Positions 1 to 13,229 of a stretch of DNA of 64,000 bases are shown in pieces. The position numbers and the translations under genes were made by a program. Source of the stretch: Cenococcum geophilum. Its lineage: Eukaryota. The stretch's first letter is position 1. The number at the start of each line of letters is the position of its first letter. The notes beneath the pieces are model-generated. The model made no database searches. It saw only the letters and a list, made by a program, of their open reading frames with translations, and was not told the DNA's origin. The stretch lies in the NCBI GenBank assembly GCA_050273025.1, contig CP158636.1:3596001-3660000 (forward strand), written 5' to 3'.

Positions 1-341
1 CTTAAAGCTTCTAATATTGCCTGGTCTATTACTAGATCTATTAATTATAGAGTCCTTAGCCTATTCTATTAAGAAGAAGTTCTATTTAAAGCGCGTGGAA
101 GAGGAGGATATAGCATTAGAGCGTTTTATAGATGTTTAGGAGAACTAAGTAGATTAAAAGAAGATTGTAGAGATATACAGCTGGTACACGAAGCGCCTGC
201 ATGAGTGCATTAGGGCTGACGGGTAGATAACTCGATATTGAATTGATTTGGCTGTATTGTGGTGTTGTAAACGATCGTGAAGCAATGATTTTGGTGGATG
301 CGCACGTGCCCCAAACCGACACTTATTTCGGCTACGTAGAG
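1..341 (+). mobile_element. 3' end of a Tc1/IS630-like DNA transposon (second copy of the element at 16751-18225), truncated by the window edge
   Basis: Bases 1-341 are near-identical to ~17885-18225 and end in the same TIR (cacgtgccccaaaccgacacttatttcggctacgtagag). Differences are mostly transitions. Confidence 0.9.
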
Positions 342-410
342 CACGGTCCCACTTAATGCACACCAAATCCAAAAACACCAAAATTTTTAACCCTATTGTA
401 TACAATCAAA

Positions 411-570
411 ATGGACCCAATTAACGCCGCTCTTGCTGCATTAGAGCTATAAGATCCTCCTAATTACACCTGGATAGCTAAAGAATTTAATATCAATCGT
501 TCTACGCTTTCGCGGCGTTATTAGTAGATTACTCGCGTTAGAGAAGATGCGACGGAAATAAAATCTCTAT
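411..570 (+). mobile_element. 5' fragment of a RIP-degraded pogo/Fot1-like transposase (N-terminal HTH)
   Basis: Translates MDPINAALAALEL*DPPNYTWIAKEFNINRSTLSRRY, resembling pogo-type HTH starts (A..F...RSTLSRR), with RIP-type stop codons. Confidence 0.6.
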
Positions 571-650
571 TAATAAGCTATATTTCAATCTATGGTCGGA
601 GAATTCCACGCGCTATTTAGTTGCAACGTGGCGGTCTACAGCGTCTCTTC

Positions 651-741
651 AATTCCGGTGGTTAGCGCAGCCACGTCTGCACGGCCTTTTTGTAGGGGAA
701 GTTTTGGTATTTTTGCTGTTTAAGGGAAAGTTAATAAAACA
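651..741. repeat. ~90-bp dispersed repeat, copy 1 (copy 2 at 26356-26445)
   Basis: aattccggtggttagcg.agccacgtctgcacggcctttttgtaggggaagttttgg...ttaataaaacac occurs at both sites in the same orientation. Confidence 0.85.
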
Positions 742-1146
742 CGCTAACCACCTGTACATGGTAGATGGCCCGTGCGGGAACACCAGAATTATTTCTCCGT
801 TGCGGGGGATAAGCACGTTCACTTGCAGCTAAATCATTGCCCCATACGGACGATCCTTTAGCCAGTACCTTGGAAGTTGTGAGATTGGCGAAATGCCCGT
901 TCCTGTTGCCGAACATTGGTATTACTCTCTATACCCCATTCCCGAAGTTACTTGCCAGCGTCTTAAAGAGCACGGCTGTCTAGTCACCATCGGATTTTCC
1001 TGTGGCGATGTCTGGGACTCATAATCACTAACCCATAACACTGAACTTTACTTCCTGCTCTCTGTATCCGTTCCACCGTCATCCGTTCTTTTGCTACAGC
1101 TCCTGAGTACTCATTCGAGGTGATTATGCGATTAAGATAGCACCAG

Positions 1147-2440
1147 ATGGCGGGCTTCATCCAAAAAGGTGCAAAGAATATTCTCCAAAAGAATCCAGAA
1201 GATGTGGTTTTCCTTTCTGCCTTCCGCACCCCCGTGACACGGGCGAAGAAGGGCGGATTGCGGAACGCCTACGACCATGAAATGCTCGCGGCTGTAAGCT
1301 CTTCTTTCCATGGCCTTTGGTCAAATTAGCTTACACTCCTTTTAGGTCCTCAAAGCCACCCTCGAGAAACACCCTAACCTCGATCCTTCCAAAGTCGAAG
1401 ATATCATGGTCGGCACTGTGCTTTCAGAACTCGGAGGCTCTAAAGCCGGTCGCATGGCGGCCAACCATGTCGGCTTCCCCAGCACTACTGCATTCCATAC
1501 CGTAAACAGGGCATGTGCGTCTGGCCTCGCTGCTGTGACGGGTATTGCACATTCTATTGCTGTCGGCAGCATCGATGTTGGCATCGGAGGCGGCATGGAG
1601 AGCATGACAAGGAACTATGGGTCTCGCGCCATCCCAACACAATTATGGAAGGATCTAAAGGAGAGTCCAGTGAAAGACGCGAGAGACTGTGTAATGGGCA
1701 TGGGTAACACATCTGAGAATGTGGCGGAGCGGTACGGAGTCAGCAGGGCCGATCAGGATGCCTTCGCGGCGCGGAGCCAACAGAAGGCAGCCAAAGCGCA
1801 GAAAGAAGGGTTCTTTAGCCAGGAGATCGTGCCTGTTACAACGAAGTGGCGACCGGACCCTGAAGTCCCGGAGAACGAGGAGACGATCACAGTTACGAAA
1901 GATGACGGGATTAGGCCAACTACAACCGTTGAGAAGCTGGCAACGATGAAGCCAGCGTTCAAGGAAAATGGAACTAGTACTGCGGGGAACAGCTCGCAGG
2001 TGTCGGATGGAGCTGCTGCGGCATTGATGACGAGAAGGAGTACTGCTCATGCTCTGGGACTTTCCGGCTCGATCATTGGTAAATGGGCTGGCTCACAGGT
2101 TGTTGGGTGTGCTCCGAACGAGATGGGGATTGGACCCGCACTAGCGATTCCGAAACTGCTGGACTACACCGGCATATCCAAAGACGAGGTTGGACTGTGG
2201 GAGATCAACGAGGCGTTCGCTAGTCAGGCGCTCCATTGCATCCGGAAATTAGGTATGGATGAAGAGAAGGTGAATCCTAATGGTGGAGCTATTGCTTTAG
2301 GACACCCACTAGGCGCTACGGGTGGCAGGCAGTTGGCGACTTTGCTACATGAAATGGAGAGGCAGATGCAGGAATTGGGGGTGATCAGTATGTGTGTTGG
2401 GACAGGAATGGGGATGGCTAGTTTAATAGTAAGGGAATAA
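1147..2440 (+). CDS. POT1: 3-ketoacyl-CoA thiolase (probably peroxisomal); exons 1147-1293 and 1346-2440
   Basis: Thiolase motifs TVNRACASGL, NSSQVSDGAAA, WEINEAFA, GGAIALGHPLGATG, SMCVGTGMG; GT..AG intron at 1294-1345. Confidence 0.92.
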
Positions 2441-2624
2441 ATGGCTGTACAGAGTTTATTCAAGATTTTAGCATTTGAGCCGGATTTGTAGGCGTTTAGT
2501 GTAGTATATACTTTCAATAAAATTTAGAGAGCACCAAAACCCGTTAAATTTTAGGCCCCACCCTATCTAGATTCTTCAGCAACGGTATGGTATTGTATGC
2601 CTATCTATGCCAATGTTGGACTGC

Positions 2625-3407
2625 CTAGTCTCGGGTTAATGTCTTTTTCTTTTTTTTCTTAGACCGCTCCGCCAAAACTTGATCAAGATAGTTAGTGGAT
2701 TTGCTCAGCACCTTGTTTTCTGGTCCAGCAACTGTCGATTTTAATTGGCGAGAAGAGACCCCCCCTTTAATAGCATCACCACCATCGGTATTATCGGAAT
2801 CGTTCCCATTCATGTCCAGTCTTCCTCGCTTTTTGCTTTTTGTCTCTAGAGGACTTTGGACATCCTGAGAATATGATCCCGAAATGTTCTTCTGCTTCGA
2901 TCTCTTCGATTTAAAAGTAGAGGTCCGGCCTTCTTCGTCCTCACTCTCTTCCCGACGTATTGGGTGCTTCACAGGCTTACTACCTAGATTTTGTGATGGG
3001 CCTAGAGATTTCGAAGAGTTTGTAGCAGGGTGTGCTTTCGCAGCTTTCGCAGCCTTCGCAGCTTTTTTCCCGAGCAATTGTTTCAATAATTTGTCGTTAG
3101 AGGAGAGTTCTCGGCGCTTGAAGCTTCCGTCAGCCACGTCTTTGGGAAGAGGTGCCCCAATTCCCAGTCTGATTACCATTAGAACACACTCAATAGCTGA
3201 AGCACGGGACATGTTCAAGACCTACAGTTCGGGTACCGGAGTAAAAATCGCTTTCTCTTCATTCTCGAGCTCTTCCTCCGACTTGGTGTTTGCGAGCTCT
3301 TCAGGTGTCTTTGGTGGGAGCCATGAAGCAATGAGCCTCTGACTTTTAGCCAGTGCAACACTAGCTCTGTTAAATATAATATCTGCTTCGCTAGGTTGTG
3401 CAGGCAT
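2625..3407 (-). CDS. Conserved fungal hypothetical protein (DUF3245-like), one intron
   Basis: MPAQPSEADIIFNRASVALAKSQRLIASWLPP start; spliced to LGIGAPLP...EESEDEEGR...YLDQVLAERSKKKKK. Divergent from the succinyl-CoA ligase gene. Confidence 0.75.
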
Positions 3408-3620
3408 GTTAAAGTGCTTTAGTGTAAAATGTATCGAAGGTGTCGAGATTAATCGGTTGCGGTTTTCTTCACCACCTCGGGCAAAACTGAATTTCGCGTG
3501 TAATCGACTTCTTGGCTCTCTGACCTCCGCAAGACCGTTCATACAGCCCAGCTTCCACTTTTCGAAACCCCGAATCAATCGACTATTGCACCACTTTTGC
3601 CAAAGGCAGCTCTGTTGCAA

Positions 3621-5324
3621 ATGTACAAGTTAGCCCGCTGCCGGCCGCTGGCCACGGCCATCAGGGCCGCTACGGTTCGTGCCGATTATTCCCTTCGCAA
3701 AGCTGTAGCCGGACGCCTCTGACGCAGGACATGCGGTGCGAAGAGCACAATGTTAACAAGTTAGTAGGGGACGCCATTGAGAAGGTCGGTCATTCAACAG
3801 AGTCGGGCGCTATCAATACATGAGTATAGGTCGGCGAATTTGTTAAAGACGGTATGAAACCTTTCCTATCTTAACGCCGCGTCCAGTTCGCTAATGAGGC
3901 ATTAGTATGGCATTGGTGTCCCGAGCGGCAATGTAGCTACAACGGCAGAGGAGGCTGAGAAGGTTGCGAAGGATATTGGTATGCAATCTATTCAGGAATT
4001 TATCGGGCGGGTAAATAGGCTAACGGCGCGTAGGAGGCGATGACATTGTGATAAAGGCACAGGTTTTAGCTGGAGGCAGAGGGAAAGGCACATTTGACAA
4101 TGGCTTCAAGGGTGGTGTCAGAGTTGTCTACTCGTGAGTGAGAGCCTCAATTCTTCATAATTGCTATAACTAATGCAAATCAAGGCCTCGAGAAGCTGCC
4201 ATCCTCGCTGACCAGATGATCGGCCACAAACTCATCACAAAGCAAACAGGAGCTGCAGGCCGGCTTTGCAATGCAGTCTATATTGTGGAGCGAAAGTTCG
4301 CAAGGCGAGAGTTTTACCTGGCCGTGCTCATGGACCGAGCAACACAAGGCCCAGTCATCGTCGCATCCTCTCAAGGAGGTATGGATATTGAGACTGTCGC
4401 TAAGGAACACCCCGAAGCTATCATCACTACTCAAGTCGATATCCACAAAGGCGTAACGGACGAGATGGCCCGCAACATTGCTACTGAGCTTGGCTTCTCC
4501 GAGCAATGTATTGAGGACGCCAAGGACACCATCCAGAAACTGTATAAGGTGTTCATGGAGCGCGATGCTACCCAGATTGAAATCAACCCTCTCTCCGAAA
4601 CCACTGATCACCAGGTCCTATGCATGGATGCTAAACTCAACTTCGACGACAATGCTGAATTCCGCCAGAAGGAGGTGTTTGATTGGCGAGATGTCACACA
4701 AGAAGATCCCGATGAGGTCAAAGCCGCAAAGTGGGGTCTCAACTTCATCAAACTAGATGGTGATATTGGCTGCTTGGTCAATGGTGCCGGTCTTGCTATG
4801 GCTACGATGGATATCATTAAGCTGAATGGTGGCCAACCCGCCAATTTCTTAGATGTCGGTGGTGGTGCGACGCCAGAGGCTATCAAGCAAGCTTTCGACC
4901 TTATTACCAGCGACCCGAAAGTCACAGCCATCTTCGTCAATATCTTCGGTGGTATTGTGAGATGCGACGCGATTGCAAAGGGTTTGATTAGTGTTGTGGA
5001 GAGTATGAATTTGAGGACACCGGTTATTACCAGGCTGCAGGGAACGAATATGGAGCAAGCACATAAGCTAGTTAGTAATTTCAAACGCAGAAGTTTCCTC
5101 GAGGATGCCAGCTAACGCAGGCTATCTACATTAGATTAACGAGTCTGGCCTAAAGATCTTCTCGATCGATGACCTCCAGAGCGCGGCCGAGAAATCGGTA
5201 CAGTTCTCCAAGGTCGTAAAAATGGGTATGCTCCACTCCTCCCCACACTGACTTTTGAATATCACTAACATCTTATTTAGCTCGTGACATCGATGTGGGC
5301 GTTGAGTTCACTCTCGGCATCTAA
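3621..5324 (+). CDS. LSC2: Succinyl-CoA ligase beta subunit, mitochondrial, multi-exon
   Basis: [52 protein letters not shown]; presequence-like start [11 protein letters not shown]; ends VEFTLGI*. Confidence 0.93.
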
Positions 5325-6039
5325 ACCCCCCGTGTCCAAGAAGTTCTCCGTTACTGCTCCATGTTGATCACTCTGCGTTTTTTGGTCGTGGCGGTGGGCA
5401 AGGAGTTACGAACGTATTTGTTCATGACCCTCCTTGGTACGTCGCTTCTCTTAACCTGGCCTTTGTATTATTGTATCTACAAGCGCTGTTCTATGTGTGC
5501 GTGTGTCTAGCTTAGAAGCATGAATAGCGAGATTTACGAGCAAGAACTTAGTGCTTCCGCATGCAACTATCACATTATATACCTGGCTATAAAAGCGGGT
5601 TATGCAGAATATTAGAATCCTAGGGTAGTTGGGGATATATGTATCCTCTCTATCGTAGCTTGCGATTGACCACAGAATAATTTACGACTATCCGCGTCCG
5701 ACTCAGCTTTGCTAGCGAGGGCTACTGGAGCTTGCGGGTATTCGGATGGCGAATCCGGCTGAAGGACACTCCGCATCCATTAGCTTAGCTGGCTGGTAAA
5801 GCCTACTGTCTTACAGCAAAGCCTACTACTGCCTTACAGTTCAGCCTCTTCTTGGCGTTATGCGCTCCCCGTTAGGCTCTTTACAGACTTCCTTGTCCGG
5901 AGCTCCGGCCAAGATCCCGGCCCCTGATTTTTCATGCTACATTTCAGAGTATAAAGAAATCAACCTAAGCAATATAGACTCGTACAAGAGAGGCTATGAA
6001 CTAGACAATACCCGGGAGACGAATTCAGAGAGTGGGCAT

Positions 6040-6545
6040 TACCAAAACCAGTCTCTATCCAAGCAAAGTCGTGATATTTGGCCCTTATCACTAATACCGG
6101 AGGAGTTCTAAGACCGCTTGCATTGCGTCACCCAGAACGAGTGTTTCGATCAAGATAACCTAGAATATAAGGTCTTTCCCTACGCATGGGGAGACAGTGC
6201 AGTCCAAATCTCAATATTGGTCAACAACTGAGTGCCGGGATGGCGATGAACCTTGGAAATGCATTAAGGTATTTGCGTGGGAGAGACACATCTCACTCCC
6301 AGACACTAGTACATATTAAGCTGCCTAGAGGGTATTTATATATATGTAGAACTATAGCGCCATAGCCTAGAGGCTGCATGGGCAGTATTGTACGTAGTAT
6401 AATACAATGGATATATAAAATTAAAATTAAAATTCGGTCTTTAAGTCGAAGCTCTTTGCCCTAACTAGAACCATCTCGCAGAGAAGATGCATCAGGTTAG
6501 CATTATGGGCGAGATCTATAGAAATTGTTCTCAGACTTATGTGAT
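6040..6545 (+). pseudogene. Decayed HET-domain (heterokaryon incompatibility family) gene
   Basis: Fragments YQ..SL...DIWPLSLIP..F*D.LHC...YKVFPYAWGD...ISILVNN*...NLGNALRYLR and EKMHQVSIMGEIYRNC match the HET pattern (Y.ALSY.WG; NL..AL..LR; E+..QV..M..IY). Stops, a frameshift and an AT-rich insert (~6300-6440) disrupt it. Confidence 0.7.
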
Positions 6546-6903
6546 TTAGATGCAGGGAGTGGCCTTAATATATTTATAGCCGAATTTAAAGACTATTTAA
6601 TGCGGCAGAATCGCTGACTTCTACATGCAGCTTATTGCACGGGCCACAATTTATTGGACGCAGTTATCAGTGCAAGTCGTGCACCAAGCGTCTACCACAA
6701 CGTCTACTAAAACAATTGAGTCCAACCTAAAAATCACTAGGTTAGGTTAGGTGGGTCAGGCACCGTAACCTACGGTTCTAAGGCGTCGCACCTCTCGCAT
6801 CTACCGCCTTGCTGGCCGAGATTTCCGCGCCTGAAGGCTAGAGTGTGCCAGAGTCCGCTCTTTTTAGGTTACTCAATTATGCCTTGAAATGGATCATCCC
6901 GCA

Positions 6904-9900
6904 TTACCGGTTCAACGAAGTCTCTATAAGTCTAGTTACAGCGTTATGTCCGTTTTCTGCCGCAAGTTCCAATGCTCTTGTGAATTGTGTACTTGCTCCG
7001 GCGTTCAGAAGCAATTGAACCATGTCGATGCGGCCGTGCTCTGCAGCTCCTTCAAGGGCTGTTCTCCCATCCTTTCTTGCAGCCGCAGCGTTGACATCCG
7101 CATTGGCATTGAGAAGCATCTCAGCAATCCCGACGTGGCCTTTAATGGCGGCCACTTGGAGCGCAGTTACTCCTGAGAAATTTGCTGGAGGAGCATTAAT
7201 ATCTGCACCAGAGTTCAGTAGGATTCGAGCTAACTCGATGTTTCCTGCTTCAGCAGCATTTTGTAGTGCAGTTCTTCCCCGATCGTCAGCTGGAGGAGCG
7301 TTGACGTCTGCACCAGCGTCTAGTAGGATTTGAACGAGCTCGACGCTTCCACTTCCTGCTGCTTCTTGCAGTGCTGTTCCTAGTGCTGTCCCTAGTGCTG
7401 TCCATCCCCAATAATCAGCTGAAGTAGCATTGGCGTCTGCATCAGCGTCTAGTAGGATTTGAACGAGCTCGATGCTTCCACTTCGCGCTGCTGCTTGCAG
7501 TGCTGTTCCTGCATTGAATGTAGAAGCGTTAACGTCTGCACCAGCATCTAGTAGAATTTGAGCTAACTCAATATTTCCCTTTTGAACTGCTGTCAGAAGT
7601 GTGGGAGAAGCGTTGACATCCGCGCCGGCGCACAGCAGGCTTTGAGCCAGCTCTATGTTTTCCATCTCAACAGCGTTTTGTAGTACAGTCATTCTCCCAT
7701 TTTTGGCCGGAATATTGACGTTTGCACCAGCGCTTAGGAGGATTTGAGCTAACTCGATGTTTCTCTTCTGAACTGCTGCTTGAAGCGCGGTGCTCATATA
7801 ATCAGACGGAGGAGCATTAACATCTGCACCAGCATCTAGTAGATTTTGAACGAGCTCGATGCTTCCACGTTCTGCTGCTACTTGCAGTGCTGTTCCTGAA
7901 TGTGATGTAGAAGCATTGACGTCTGCACCAGCATCTAGTAGAATCCGAACTAGCTCAATATTTTCCTTGCGTACTGCCGCATCCAGTGCTGTGGGCCCGC
8001 GGGAATTAGAAGAATTGGCGTCTGCACCAGCTTCTAGTAGGATGCGAGTGAACTTAATGCTTCCGCGTTGTGCTGCTTTCAGAAGTACACAAGATGAAGG
8101 AGCGTTAACGTCTGCGCCGGCGCGCATTAGAATCTGAGTCAGCTCAATATTCCCACTCATTGCTGCCAATTCAAGTGCAGATCCTCCAGCACCGGAAGAC
8201 GGTGGAGCATTAACATGCGCACCAGCGTTTAGAAGAATCTGAACGAGCTCGATGCTTCCAGAAGATGCTGCAGCTTCCAGTGCTGTTCCTACACGACACA
8301 AAGTATTAACGTCTGCTCCAGCGCGCAGCAGAACCCGAGTCAGCTCAATATCTCCTCTCCATGCTGCTGCTCGGAGTGCAGGCGTTGGAGCATTGTGGGA
8401 CAGCGGAGCATTAACATCCGCACCAGCGTTCAGGAGGATCTGAACTAGCTCGATATTTCTTCTCCATGATGATGCTGCTGCTTGAAGTGCTCCTGCATTA
8501 ACGTCAGCGCCGGCGCGTAGTAGCATCTGAGCCAGCTCAACATTTCCATTCTCTGCTGCTTTTTGAAGTGCAGTCTGTCCATGGGGAGACGTTAGAGCAT
8601 TGACATCCGCGCCAGCGTCCAGTAGAATCCGAACTAGCTCAATATCCCCTCCCGATGCTGCCGCTTGAAGTGCAGTCGATGAATGATATTTAGACGGTGG
8701 AGCATTGATATCCGCACCAGCGTTCAGGAGGATCTGAACTAGTTCGATATTTCTTCCCCGTGACGATGCTGCTGCCTGAAGTGCTCCTGCATTGACGTCA
8801 GCGCCGGCACGTAGTAGTATCTGAGCCAGCTCAATATCCCCATACTCTGCTGCTTTTTGAAGTGCAGTCCGTCCATGGGCAAACGATGGAGCATTGATAT
8901 CCGCGCCAGCGTCCAGGAGGATCCGAAGTAGCTCAATATCCCTTCGTGATGCTGCCGCATGAAATGCAGTCAGTAGAGCATTGATATCCGCATCAGCGTC
9001 CAGTAAAATCCAAACTAGCTCAATATTTTCACTGTATACTGCCGCTCGAAGCGCAGTCAGTCTCCAATCACAAGTTGGCGGAGCAGTGACATCTGCACCA
9101 GCGTCCAGTAAGATCCGAACCACCTCAATATTTTCCCAGTGTACTGTCTCTCGAAGTGCAGTCGTTCCACCATGGCGAGACGGAGCATTGACGTCTGCAC
9201 CAGCGTCCAGCAGGATCCAAATTAGCTCAATATTATCATTGCTAACTGCCGCTTGAAGTGCAGTCAATCCCGAATCGCCAGCTGGTGGAGCATTGACATC
9301 TGCGCCGGCGCGTAGTAGTATTCGAGCCAACTCAATGTTGTCCTCTTCTACAACCAGTTGAAGTGGCGTGATTCTGTCCCATCCCATTGGAGAGTTAGGA
9401 TTCACACCAGCTTGAAGGGCAATTTGTACTGTGTCTGTATCTTTAACTCTTAATGCGCTTCGAAAGAGGTTTTCCGCGAACGCTTCGATTGTGGGCATCT
9501 GAATGGATAATAGAGATACGAGTAGAGAGTGCTTCTTATTGCGAGCAATCCAGGAGACGATTTCACCCATCTTATCGTCTGATAGATGATTGTTTGATGA
9601 TAAGTAGACGACAAATTTAAGAAATTGGAATATCGCACCATGGTGGACGGCTTCAAGCATCTCTTGAATGTTCGTCAATAGCTCTCCCTCACGTCTTTCC
9701 AATGCAATCGCTTGGAAATGGGAATGGATGTCTCGAGCAGTCTCCTGTTTGGTTCGCTCGGAATCCGAGTCAATGAAAATTGACCATGCTTCTGTTGTCA
9801 GATCGTGGGTTGAGCGCACAGAATTCGCGGGATCCGCTGGATCTAATATTGTCGCGCCAACTCCGGACGGAGACTTGGACCAAAAACTGTTTATGATAGG

Positions 9901-10559
9901 ATTCTCAGCAGCAAAATCCTGGCAGAGGCTAGCTATCCACATATTAGTATGCGGAATATTGCTTAAGAGTGGACCGGAGTGAAACTTAATAGTACCTTGT
10001 GAATCAATAAAGTCCTGAAAGTTAAACCAAGGGAGGTCTTCGAGTCGAAGCGTCCAAGGACACAATGCCAGAGGTGTGCGGATTGAAAGTCCTTCAGGCG
10101 TTTTAGGACTAGGTACTTAGGAAAGTAAGCATAGGATGGCATATGTTGAGACATTAGTGGAGTCACCTGATGCGTATCTCTCGGTAATAGTAGGAAAGTT
10201 GTGCCGCGCCGTTTCCTTTTTAATCTTTTTCTTGGGTACAAGTACCCCATCAACGTACAACTCGCTCTCCTTGCCATTTCTCTCGCGTTTATTGAAACGG
10301 TAATGGACGAATATCCATTCGTGGCTCTTCAAATTTTTGCGAAACTTCCATATTTTGAATTGACGCTCGTATTGGGCTTTACTGTCAAGAGAGTCAGTCA
10401 TCTAGCATGCTGAGCAGCCATGGAAGACCAAGGGCTCATTTACCTAGCAGAGAAGCCTTGAGACTTCTGCATATATTCCATAACATGATTAAGTGATTTG
10501 TCCTGTGTGATGTAAATCCTCTGGATGGTTTCCTTGTGGAATTCCCAATTGGCTTTCAT
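6904..10559 (-). CDS. Clr5-domain + ~25 ankyrin repeat protein; exon 1 10444-10559, exon 2 from 10381, long last exon ending at 6904
   Basis: Spliced N-terminus MKANWEFHKETIQRIYITQDKSLNHVMEYMQKSQGFSAS|KAQYERQFKIWKFRKN is Clr5-like; C-terminal ~830 aa is tandem TALQ.AA..G.IELV.ILL.AGADVNA units. Confidence 0.88.
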
Positions 10560-11016
10560 GCTCGTATTTGCGGCCCGGTCGATGTTTATAATGTGATCTC
10601 AGCGTACGATCGGAATTGAGACAGAAGTTGGTAAGGTGATGGGTTGACTGCACATCCGTCTTCGAGTCCCATCTTATATTTACGAAGCAAAGCAGGGAAA
10701 AGATTGCGAGACGAGGTGTGGACAAGTTGGTCGTTTAGGGGCTTACAGCTCGGCGAGGTCACGGAAAAGCTCGGCAAGGTCACAAAGTTCAACAGGGTCA
10801 GAACCTTTCTGACTATACTTAGCTTCTGACCCTACTGAGTTTCTGTATATGCAGCGCATATATAAAATAAATAAAAATTTTAATAAAATTTTATAGTGCT
10901 TAATAATTGATGGTATATGATAAATCGTGAATATTAAATGACGCGTGGCTTGTATATGCGGGGCATATATACCCTACTAGCTACCGCATAAAGTAAGCGA
11001 GCTAAGTCATTAAAAC

Positions 11017-13000
11017 ATGGACCGTGTATACGCGTCGCATATCTATAACAACAGCGGTCGCACTAGAACTTCTCTATAACACCGCAGCATACGCTACGAG
11101 TATGTACTATATAGCCTATATATAAGCGCTGTATATGCTAATATCTGGCTAGGGCAACATTAACATCTTAATTTTACTTTAGTATACGCTTAGCCTACGC
11201 TTACTATAAGCCTTATAATCGCAGACTTTTATAATCCGTAGGTGGCCGGTGCCACTAACCCTAGCGCCTTTGGGTACTACTATGGTAAGTATATGCTTTG
11301 TATATGCCTAGAAAAAGCATATATTAATAGAAGTACATAGGCCCGATCCCTAACCCTAACCCTAACTAGGTAACACCAGGTTAGTTATAGAGAACGTGTA
11401 TATAAAGTATATGCTTATAGTAGACAAAGCACGCGCCGCCGCAGTAGTAGTAGGTAGAAGGCGTACGTAAATCTAGAGCCGTATACCTATAGTATATACT
11501 AACCTTATATAGCCCTAGCTATGACTGTCCAAAATAACGTAAGTAGGTGCTAAAAAGGCTCTACGTAAAGAGTACGTATATACTAAGCGTAAACTAGATC
11601 CACCTAACCCTACCTCCGCACTGTCTGCTGTTAACTCCATAGTATAGGTTACATATCTATACCTTATACATAGCATATGCTGATAATAAATATAGCTATA
11701 ATATTGCAGTAAACGGCACGTAGATATGCGGCTAAGTCTTTACGGCCTAGCCTAGCGTATATTCCGTATATGTATAGTATTTACATTCTACTAATAGAGT
11801 TATAGTACTACCGCCATGTCCGTAACGAGCATAGTAGTGCCCGTATATATTACTATATAGTTTACCGAAGATATATACTTACCATATGCAGTAACTAACC
11901 CTCCTACTATTAACACGTTAGCTGCGGAGTTAATTATAGGGGAGAAGTATATACCTAGTATATGCTATATATATACAATACTAATACAACGCAGCGCCCT
12001 AAAGCGTTTTATTCTCTCTAGTGGCTGGCGTGATACTAGGTACCTGTATAAGCCTGGGTAGGTTATATATATATACTATATATATAGTACTAACACTATA
12101 CACAGCTGTGGCCCTTTAGGGTTAAGAATTTTAGAGTATATAGACGCCTACACTTTAATCGCGTATACTTATTCTATACTTAGTATATATCTAGCCTAAG
12201 CTAACTAGATATAGTGCTTAAGACTAGGGGTTTACTACCTAATTTAGTAGGCAATTCTATCGCGAAGTAAGAGTACTAGTGTTGCTTCTATATATACGCA
12301 CTATACCCTAATATATCTATCTATCTATATATATATATACTTATTCCCCCTAAGTTTAATTTTAGACCTAAGGGTGCTTATAGGCCTAAGGGTAGCGTAT
12401 ATGAGGAATAAGCACGGCTACCACTAGGACTACTACCCGATTTAGAAATGAACGCTTGTCTTTATATCTAGGAGACTAGTAAAGTCTAACTTTATATAGG
12501 CCCTACACATATATTACTAAAACCACTACTTAGTTATATTGCTAGCTTATACGCGTATATACTTCGTATATATAAACCCCTATTGTCTTCTACTAACTAT
12601 AGGTTAACGCGTGCTTATACTAGGTATATACTAATAAGAGAGAAATAGCGTGTCGGCCCATCTACTCCCTCTACCAGCTTAAAACGCAGGGTTAGTATTT
12701 TATCTATATATATTTAGTATACGCTAACTATATGCATAGCGCGGCCTGACCCCACCAGGCGACCGCAAGGAGTCCCCCTCGCCGTCTACCCGCCGCTAAA
12801 GAGGTAAGCTTATCTTATATATACCCCGTATATACGCAGCTAATATTTAGTACTAGCGAGTAAAAAGCTAACGAGCTGTTGTGGTAGAGGTAAGAGCTCT
12901 AGTAAGTTTGGTTCCTTCCGTTATATATATTATACTTATACTCTATATAAGCCATAGGCGGAACCTACTACTTAACTTGCCTTTACCGCGCAAGTCCTAA
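11017..13000 (+). pseudogene. Second, convergent intron-containing gene relic inside the MULE (product unknown)
   Basis: ATG at 11017; alternating GC-richer coding-like blocks and gtaagt/gtatgt...ctaa..ag intron-like blocks. Boundaries approximate. Confidence 0.45.
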
Positions 13001-13229
13001 GCTATAAGTCCTAGCATATGCTAGGCCTATACGCTGCGTATATAGTATATAGTATATATTATGCATGGTCGGAGTTTTATTAGGGTTTATTTAGTAGGTA
13101 GGCTAGGTATATGCCTAATATAGGGCACGGGGCAATAGGCCTATATTAATTAATTCTTTATTTATTATGGAACTCTATATAATACTTTCTATGCATATAC
13201 TGTGCATATACGCCCTATATGCTAATATT

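Noticed and set aside
7022..9982. Plus-strand ORFs over the ankyrin gene (likewise antisense ORFs over thiolase, NDC80 and PEX14)
   Set aside because: Antisense shadows of real coding sequence.
11348..11366. Three CCCTAA units resembling telomere repeats
   Set aside because: Only three copies, inside a RIPed MULE gene relic; easily produced by C>T changes in a short coding repeat.
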